64,000 nucleotides of DNA, from positions 2,150-66,149 of the forward strand of contig CAWKAX010000029.1 of assembly GCA_963847695.1 (NCBI GenBank). Reading direction: 5' to 3'. This DNA comes from an uncultured Acidobacteriota bacterium (GTDB taxonomy: Bacteria; Acidobacteriota; Terriglobia; Acidiferrales; UBA7541). The notes below the pieces were generated by a model, which made no database searches, was not told the DNA's origin, and worked only from the letters and a program-made list of their open reading frames with translations. Of this stretch, positions 57,509-64,000 are shown piece by piece (within the stretch, counting starts at the first letter, position 1; the number at the start of each line of letters is the position of its first letter). The translations under genes were made by a program, and so were the position numbers.

Positions 57509-59692
57509 TTGAGTCGCGTCAATCTGGTTCTCATCTGGCACATGCATCAGCCGCAGTATCGCGATCCGGGCTCCGGATCCTACCTGCTGCCCTGGACCCG
57601 GCTGCACGCCCTGAAAGACTACTGGGGCATGGTCAAGATTCTCGGCGAATTTCCGGGAATGCACGCCACCTACAATTTCGTTCCGCTGCTGGCCGAGCAG
57701 ATTGAAGAATACGCCAGCGGAAAATTCCGCGAGCCGTGGTTTGAACTGGCGTTCGCCGCAGCCGATGGCCTGCGGCCGGAACAGAAACGCGAAATCCTGG
57801 AACGAGCTTTTCAGGTGAACGAAAATTTCGTGCAGCGCTGGCCGCGATTCGCCGAACTGCACTCCCGGGTTCAGGCCGGTGGCGCGGAAGCGTGCATTGC
57901 GCAATTCGATTTGCGTGACTGGCGCGATCTGCAATTGCTCTCGCAACTCGCCTGGATGGACGAAGAGTACATCGCCAAAGATCCGGTGGTGAATGCGCTC
58001 TCGGCGAAGGGCAAAGAATATTCCGAAGCCGACAAGCTAGCTCTGAAAGAAAAACAGCTGGAACTCATTGGCGCGGTGCTGCCCGAGTATCGCCTCGCCG
58101 CCGAACGCGGCCAGATCGAGCTTTCGACCACACCTTATTACCATCCGATTCTTCCGCTACTTTGCGATACCGATGTAGCCAAGACTTCCAATCCGCACAC
58201 GCCGCTGCCTCAACCGGCATTTCGTTATGCCGAAGATGCCAAGGAACATTTGGTGCGAGCGCGGGCTTTTCATCAACGCGTGTTCGGCCAGCCGCCGACA
58301 GGACTCTGGCCCTCGGAAGGCTCGGTTTCCGACGCCTCGCTCGAAATCGCGATGGACTTGGGCTTTAAGTGGTTCGGCACCGACGAGGGAGTCTTGGGCC
58401 GCACGCGCAATGTGGGCTTTCTGCGCGACCCGGCCGGATATCCCGAAAACGGACCGGACCTCTACACCCCGTGGAAACTTGAACGCCAGGGGAAGTCCGC
58501 CTTCGGATTTTTCCGGGACCATTACATTTCCGACTTGGTCGGTTTTGTCTACAGCCGCATGGGCGCGGTGGCCGCCGCCGAAGATCTGCACCGCCGCATC
58601 CGGGCCATCGGCGATCGCGAACCTTCCGGCCGCACCGCCACCGTTAGCATCATTCTCGACGGCGAAAACGCCTGGGAATATTACCCGAACAACGGCCGGG
58701 AATTCCTGCGCGAATTCTACCGGCGGATGCAAGACGATCCGGAAATTCACCCGATGACCGCCAGCGAAGCGATCGCCGCGAACGCCGACGCGCCGGTGAT
58801 GACCTCGATTTTCCCGGCTTCGTGGATCAACGCGAATTTCGACGTCTGGATCGGCCATCGTGAGGACGTGCGCGCCTGGGACTTGCTGCGCGACGCGCGC
58901 GAAGCTTACGGACGCGTCGCCTCCCGCGCCGGATCCAATGGCAAAAAAACGGCGCCGAATCTCGAGCGCGCCTTCGAAGCCGTGCTGGCCGCCGAAGGCA
59001 GCGACTGGAATTGGTGGTACGGCCCCGAACACGGGTCGGCCAACGACCGCGAATTCGACGAACTCTATCGCAAGCACCTGACCGAGATTTATTCGGCGCT
59101 CGGCGAACCGGCTCCCGACGCGCTGGCCCAACCGATCAAGCGTCCACCGGAACACGGCAGGCGCGAAGCGCCCGAAACGCACTTGCAGGTGACGGTCGAC
59201 GGTCGGGAATCGAGCTATTTCGAGTGGCTCGGCTCTGGTCTGTACGCTACCGATCCCCGCGGCGGAACCATGCACGGGCGCCGGCGGGTCTTGGGCGAAT
59301 TGCGATTCGGATTCAGCGATACGCACTTTTTCCTTCGGGTCGACCCCGAACCCGCGACCATCGCGGATATTCCAAATTTTCAATTGCGGGTCACCCTCTG
59401 GGATTCGCGCGAAACGCGCATCGCGGTCGAGGTCCAGGACGGAAAATTCAGAGGCTGCGTGGTCGAGCAGGGAGGAGTCTGCCTGCTGCATCCCGAAGCG
59501 CTGGTCACCGCCGGCTACGGAAAGATCGTCGAGGTCGGCGTGGCCAAAGAAATGTTCGACCTCGCGGCGCGCAAATCTCTACTGCTCAGCGTTGCTCTGT
59601 GGGAGGGCGGCTTGCCCATCGAAATATTGCCGATCGACGGCCTGATGGACATTCCGCTCGGCCCCGAAAATTTCGCCTGGGAACTTCAGTAA
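57509..59692 (+). CDS. glycoside hydrolase family 57 protein (alpha-glucan-active)
   Basis: 727 aa. LIWHMHQPQYRD, LTTPYYHPILPLL, WPSEGSVS and ILDGENAWEY motifs. TTG start. Confidence 0.85.
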   Translation: MSRVNLVLIWHMHQPQYRDPGSGSYLLPWTRLHALKDYWGMVKILGEFPGMHATYNFVPLLAEQIEEYASGKFREPWFELAFAAADGLRPEQKREILERAFQVNENFVQRWPRFAELHSRVQAGGAEACIAQFDLRDWRDLQLLSQLAWMDEEYIAKDPVVNALSAKGKEYSEADKLALKEKQLELIGAVLPEYRLAAERGQIELSTTPYYHPILPLLCDTDVAKTSNPHTPLPQPAFRYAEDAKEHLVRARAFHQRVFGQPPTGLWPSEGSVSDASLEIAMDLGFKWFGTDEGVLGRTRNVGFLRDPAGYPENGPDLYTPWKLERQGKSAFGFFRDHYISDLVGFVYSRMGAVAAAEDLHRRIRAIGDREPSGRTATVSIILDGENAWEYYPNNGREFLREFYRRMQDDPEIHPMTASEAIAANADAPVMTSIFPASWINANFDVWIGHREDVRAWDLLRDAREAYGRVASRAGSNGKKTAPNLERAFEAVLAAEGSDWNWWYGPEHGSANDREFDELYRKHLTEIYSALGEPAPDALAQPIKRPPEHGRREAPETHLQVTVDGRESSYFEWLGSGLYATDPRGGTMHGRRRVLGELRFGFSDTHFFLRVDPEPATIADIPNFQLRVTLWDSRETRIAVEVQDGKFRGCVVEQGGVCLLHPEALVTAGYGKIVEVGVAKEMFDLAARKSLLLSVALWEGGLPIEILPIDGLMDIPLGPENFAWELQ

Positions 59693-59862
59693 TAAAAGTC
59701 TTCGCGGTCAGCTATCCAGTCAGGCTCACGTCCGTCCAACCGGAAGGAAATATCACTTGCAATAAGAAAGTGATGTAACGCAGACTCTTTTTCTGTGGAT
59801 TGCGCAAAGTTTTCGGCGCTTACGCGCCGCAATGGTATAACGCCTGCTAGTGGAGGTTGTTT

Positions 59863-62328
59863 ATGTCTTTCCTGCGCGATTTGAAAATTGCGGTGCGATC
59901 CCTGTCACGGGCGCCCGCGCTTTGGCTCACTGTGGCGCTGACGCTCGCCCTCGGCATCGGTGCCAACGCGGCCATGTTTAGCGTAGTGCGCGGCGTACTA
60001 CTGCGCCCGCTGGCCAATCGCGATGAAGATCGCCTCCTTTATATTCGTCAGAGCGCGCCGGGCTACGGCGACGAGAACAGCGCCTTTTCCGTGCCGGAAA
60101 TCATGGACATGGGGCGGGACCTGCACACCATCAGCGAACTCGGCACGTTCTCGCAGGTGGATTTCACTGTGATCGGCCTCGGCGAGCCGCGCGAAATTCG
60201 CAGCGGCGTGGTGGACGGCACCTATTTCGAAGTAATGGGCCTCAAACCGGTGCTCGGTCGCTTGATCGGCCCCGGCGACGATGGCCCCAACGCTCCCGGC
60301 GCCGTCGTTCTGACCTACCCTTTTTGGCGCAACGCGCTGCACTCCGATCCCAACGTGCTCGGCAAAACCCTTCAGCTCGGCAGCTTCGAAGGCAGCCGCT
60401 CGGCCACGATCATCGGCGTCGTCGAGCCGTCGGTCCCGTATCCGGTCGAAACGGAATTTTTCGCGAACGTCGTAACCAGCCCGCACCACCTCTCGGCGAC
60501 CATGGTGCAAGGCCGCACCCATCGCATGACTGAAATCTTCGCGCGCCTCGCGCCGGCCGCGACGCTGGACACCGCGCGCGCCGAAGTTCGTACGGCGTAC
60601 GGCGCGATGACCGGCGCACATCCGGAAACCTACACCGCCGCCGGGCACTTTCGCGTGGACGTCTCGCGCATGCACGACCAGATCAACGAGAAAGCAAAAA
60701 CGATTCTGTGGGTACTGTTCGCCGCTGCGGGATTGCTGTTCGTCATCGCCTGCTCCAACGTCGCCAACCTGATTCTCGCGCGCAGCGTGCGCAGAGAATC
60801 GGAACTGGCCGTGCGCTCGGCGCTGGGTGCCACGCCGTGGGCCTTGCGGCGCGCGCTGCTGGCCGAAAGTTTGGTCTTGTGCGTCACGGGAGCGATCGCC
60901 GGATTGCTAATCGCCTGGCCGATGGTCGCCATACTTTCGCGTTACGCCTCGCGCTTCTCCGCGCGTGCGGATGGGCTGACGCTCGATTCGAGTTTGGTCT
61001 GGATCGGCATTGCGCTCGCGCTGATCGCCGCGCTTTTCGTCGCCTTCGTGCCGCGCCTTCCGACTGGCGACGCCTCGAAAGGCAACGCGCTCACCAGCAG
61101 CGGCGTTCGCGTCGCTGGCGGCAGCACCCGCCGTCTGCGCTTGTTCGCCGTCACTCAGATCACGGCCTCGTTCCTGCTGCTGGCCGGTGCTGGTGCGCTG
61201 ATGAAAACGCTTCTCGTTCTGGAGCAGACCCAGGCGCCGTACGACACCAAAGACGTCCTCGCCATCAACCTGCCGGTGATGAACTACGGCCGCACGCCTC
61301 AGCAAGTCGCGCAGTTCTACCGCGACGCGCGCGTCCAGGTCGCCGCGCTGCCGGGCGTGGAAAAAGCATCCACCAGCTTCAGCGCGCCGTGGCGTGACGC
61401 ACAGGGCCTGGGCATCGCGCTCACTTTTGCCATGGAAGGGCAGACGCCGCAGAACGGTGCCGACTTTCCGCGCGCGCAATTCCGCGCCGTCTCACCCGAT
61501 TACTTCAACACGCTCGGCATGCCCATTCTCGCCGGACGCGATTTCCGCGACACCGACCGTCCCGGCCAGGAGATGGTCGTGATCGTCAGTGAGAGCTTGG
61601 CCAAGAGCCTGCTCCATGGCGGCCAGGCGCTCGATCGCCATGTTTCGTGGAACGATCCGGTAATCCAGTTCATCGGCCTCAGTGATAAGCCGCGCCGCAT
61701 CGTCGGCGTGGTGCCGGATATCGACGACATCCACATCATTCCGCAGCCGGAGATGACGATTTATGTGCCCAACACCCAGGAAGAAAACTGGAACGGGCGC
61801 ATCTTGGTCAAAACCGCCGGCGATCCGCACGCGATGATCTCCACCATCACCCAAACCATCCGCGGCGTCTCCGCCGATCAACCGGTGGAAAAGCCGGCCA
61901 CGCTCGGCGATGTTCGCGCCTCGGTGCTCACGCCCGATCGGCTGAACGCCATCGTCTTCGGCGGATTTGCGGGAGTGGCGCTGCTGATCTCCATCGTCGG
62001 CGTCGCCGGCGTACTGGCCTTTTCGGTCAGCGGCCGCACTCGCGAATTCGGCATTCGCATGGCGCTAGGCGCGCAGTCGGGCAAGATTCTTACCGCCGTG
62101 CTGCTGGAGGGTTTGGTGATTGCCGGCATCGGCGTCGTTGCCGGGATTTTGCTGGGATTCGCTTTCGCTCGAGGGATCGCGCGCTATGTAGCGGAGGTGC
62201 AGCTGCCCGGCTTGCTGCCTTTGCTGGCTGCAGCCGGATTAATTCTCGTGGCCGGCGTGCTGGCCTCGGCGGTTCCGGCGATGCGTGCGGCGAGAGTGGA
62301 CGCGGTGGAAGCGCTGCGTTCGGAATAA
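59863..62328 (+). CDS. ADOP family duplicated FtsX-type permease (acidobacterial duplicated orphan permease)
   Basis: The ATG lies 6 nt after GGAGG. LRDLKIAVRSLSRAPALWLTVALTLALGIGANAAMFSVV start. Two MacB-periplasmic/FtsX modules in one polypeptide. No ATPase gene adjacent. Confidence 0.85.
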   Translation: MSFLRDLKIAVRSLSRAPALWLTVALTLALGIGANAAMFSVVRGVLLRPLANRDEDRLLYIRQSAPGYGDENSAFSVPEIMDMGRDLHTISELGTFSQVDFTVIGLGEPREIRSGVVDGTYFEVMGLKPVLGRLIGPGDDGPNAPGAVVLTYPFWRNALHSDPNVLGKTLQLGSFEGSRSATIIGVVEPSVPYPVETEFFANVVTSPHHLSATMVQGRTHRMTEIFARLAPAATLDTARAEVRTAYGAMTGAHPETYTAAGHFRVDVSRMHDQINEKAKTILWVLFAAAGLLFVIACSNVANLILARSVRRESELAVRSALGATPWALRRALLAESLVLCVTGAIAGLLIAWPMVAILSRYASRFSARADGLTLDSSLVWIGIALALIAALFVAFVPRLPTGDASKGNALTSSGVRVAGGSTRRLRLFAVTQITASFLLLAGAGALMKTLLVLEQTQAPYDTKDVLAINLPVMNYGRTPQQVAQFYRDARVQVAALPGVEKASTSFSAPWRDAQGLGIALTFAMEGQTPQNGADFPRAQFRAVSPDYFNTLGMPILAGRDFRDTDRPGQEMVVIVSESLAKSLLHGGQALDRHVSWNDPVIQFIGLSDKPRRIVGVVPDIDDIHIIPQPEMTIYVPNTQEENWNGRILVKTAGDPHAMISTITQTIRGVSADQPVEKPATLGDVRASVLTPDRLNAIVFGGFAGVALLISIVGVAGVLAFSVSGRTREFGIRMALGAQSGKILTAVLLEGLVIAGIGVVAGILLGFAFARGIARYVAEVQLPGLLPLLAAAGLILVAGVLASAVPAMRAARVDAVEALRSE

Positions 62329-62376
62329 CACCGATAAATATCAGGATTGTAAAAAGAGGGAAGAGGGAGCTGGGCC

Positions 62377-62661
62377 ATGTGCAGAAATATCAAAACACTC
62401 TACAACTTTGAACCTCCGGTGACGCCCGACGAAGTGCTGGCGGCTTCGCTGCAGTTCGTGCGCAAAATTACTGGTTTCAACAAGCCGTCCAAGGCCAATG
62501 AAGCGGCGTTTCATGCTGCGGTAGAGAACATAGCCAGTCTAGCAGCGGGATTGTTGCGCTCACTCGAAACCAGCGCGCCGCCGAAGAATCGCGAAGAGCA
62601 AGCCGCAAAGGCCCGGGCGCGGTTTGTGGCGCAGCGAGGCCCAGCGGCAAAAGCTTCTTAA
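62377..62661 (+). CDS. DUF2277 domain protein
   Basis: MCRNIKTLYNFEPPVTPDEVLAASLQFVRKITGFNKPSKANEAAF is the characteristic DUF2277 N-terminus. Confidence 0.8.
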   Translation: MCRNIKTLYNFEPPVTPDEVLAASLQFVRKITGFNKPSKANEAAFHAAVENIASLAAGLLRSLETSAPPKNREEQAAKARARFVAQRGPAAKAS

Positions 62662-62721
62662 GCGCCCAGAAAACGCGAAGCTCCAACCGGACGTCGGCGA
62701 CGCTAACAAAAAGAACACTTA

Positions 62722-62750
62722 TTGACATTTATATCTCTTCGTTAGATATT
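62722..62750 (+). promoter_or_regulatory. sigma-70-like promoter candidate with embedded inverted repeat
   Basis: TTGACA (62722-62727), a 17-nt spacer, then GATATT (62745-62750). The inverted repeat ATATCT-N7-AGATAT overlaps the spacer and the -10 element. It lies 113 nt upstream of the GTG at 62863. Confidence 0.4.
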
Positions 62751-62862
62751 CCGCATAACCCCCTTACGGCAGTTCGTCTGGTTTCTCGCAATTTCAGGGC
62801 AGGACTCACGGCGGTCGTTGTGTCGCCAGGCTGGAACGATAGCTCGTTCCGTCGGAGGCGAC

Positions 62863-64000
62863 GTGCGCTCGAAATTATTGCTGATCCTCGTCCTCACCCT
62901 GTCCCTCGCGATGCCCGTTCTGGTCCTCGCGCGTTTTTCCGCGCCACGAGTCGCACCTGAAAATATCAGGTACGCAAAACCGCCGGTTCCCGCAACGCCG
63001 CCAGACATTTTGCGGGTGCACGAGCCGTCCAGCCATCCTAGCGCCAGCACTCCTCCGCGTCAGCCGAGTCTGAAGCTGCCCATTCGCTTCGAGCCGGCCC
63101 CGAAGGATGCAGCGAACTCGGCGCAGTTCGTGGGGCGAGGAGGTGGCTTGACCGTGCTGCTCACCGACGAAGGCCTGCGATTCGTCGGCTCGGCAGACGC
63201 GCGACGCGCGAGAGGCGCAACGAATCTCACGGTGAAATTTTCGACCGCTGGACCAACGCATCGCGGGGCGGAAGAAGGCGCACAGCCACGTCCACTAGCC
63301 TGGAAAGGCGAGGCGAGTTTGCCGGGGGAGACGAATTATTTCCTGGGAAACGACCCGATGCGATGGCGGAAACACGTTGCGCAATTCGCTAGAGCCGCAG
63401 CGCAGAGTGCGATTCCCGGCGTCGATCTCATCGTCTACGGCCACGAGGACCGGCTCGAATACGATTTGCGAGTTGCACCCGGAACGAACCCCGCTGACCT
63501 GCGCCTGAATTTGACCGGCGCAGACAACTTCACCATCAGTTCGGCGGGCGATTTGGTTTTGCGCGCGAAGGGTACGGAAATCCAGATGCACAAGCCGGTC
63601 TTCCGCCAGCGTGGAAAAATATTGAACAGTGCCCTGGTCGATTCCGGATACCTGCTGGAGGCCGATGGCTCGGTGGGTTTTCGCGTAGGAGATTACGATC
63701 CGCATGCGACGCTGATCATCGATCCGTCACTCAGCGTCGGCTACGCCACCTTTCTCGGCGGAGCGGGAGAAGATTCCGCATCCAGCATCGTTTTCGCCGG
63801 TGAAAAAATTTACGTCGGTGGCACCACCACCTCGGCCGAGACGTTCACTGGCGCAACCGGCGCGGGCTTCGGCCCGGGCGCAGGAGACTCCGATTTCTTC
63901 ATCGCCGAAATCGATCCGACCCAGACCGGACCCGGCTCACTGAAATTCTTGACCTTCATCGGCGGCTCGGGCGCCGAAGCCGGCGGCGAGATCGCGGTCG
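62863..64000 (+). CDS. large secreted protein, N-terminal part (DUF7948-like domain followed by SBBP beta-propeller-type repeats); continues beyond the window
   Basis: Absent from the ORF track because it has no stop in the window. The GTG lies 5 nt after GGAGG. Signal peptide VRSKLLLILVLTLSLAMPVLVLA. Then ETNYFLGNDPMRWRKHV, DLIVYGHEDRLEYDLRVAPGTNPADLRLNL, and YATFLGGAGEDSASSIVF...IYVGGTTTSAETF. Confidence 0.7.
   Translation, partial: MRSKLLLILVLTLSLAMPVLVLARFSAPRVAPENIRYAKPPVPATPPDILRVHEPSSHPSASTPPRQPSLKLPIRFEPAPKDAANSAQFVGRGGGLTVLLTDEGLRFVGSADARRARGATNLTVKFSTAGPTHRGAEEGAQPRPLAWKGEASLPGETNYFLGNDPMRWRKHVAQFARAAAQSAIPGVDLIVYGHEDRLEYDLRVAPGTNPADLRLNLTGADNFTISSAGDLVLRAKGTEIQMHKPVFRQRGKILNSALVDSGYLLEADGSVGFRVGDYDPHATLIIDPSLSVGYATFLGGAGEDSASSIVFAGEKIYVGGTTTSAETFTGATGAGFGPGAGDSDFFIAEIDPTQTGPGSLKFLTFIGGSGAEAGGEIAV

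Overview
High-GC bacterial chromosomal segment, most consistent with Acidobacteriota. Support: an ADOP-type duplicated orphan permease, short GGCT[A/G]AAGCC hairpin repeats in intergenic spacers, and many secreted low-complexity, PEGA, SH3 and SBBP-type proteins. I can support about 60 protein-coding genes. I found no rRNA, tRNA, CRISPR array, transposase, integrase or recognisable defence cassette. Most content is core housekeeping: sdhCAB, mdh, icd, a glutamine synthetase family gene, inositol-1-phosphate synthase, PolX, ribF, mazG, recO, glyQS, udk, LptF/G, GH57, GH30, and a MacAB-like efflux operon with two FtsX permeases. The main sequence-level observation is that at least 13 reading-frame disruptions interrupt otherwise well-conserved genes. 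Nine of them fall within 2.8 kb (about 4.85-7.62 kb) across sdhA, sdhB, an M19 dipeptidase and a cyclophilin. The others hit mdh, icd, ribF and glyQ. Several sit in C or G homopolymer runs, so consensus error is the leading explanation. However, sdhB also lacks two canonical Fe-S cysteines, so real decay cannot be excluded. Biologically unusual items: a secreted 565-aa protein with a His/Gly tract and a long Gly-Trp repeat; a beta-rich domain shared by three secreted proteins, two of which are tandem SH3 paralogs; an in-frame LptF-LptG fusion; a membrane-anchored STAS (anti-sigma antagonist) fusion with no partner kinase or phosphatase nearby; and a translationally coupled mazG-GNAT-NSAR/OSBS cluster. 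I do not see a convincing new multi-gene system. The findings are leads, not demonstrated novelties. All homology statements come from reading the translations and motifs by eye; no database search was run.
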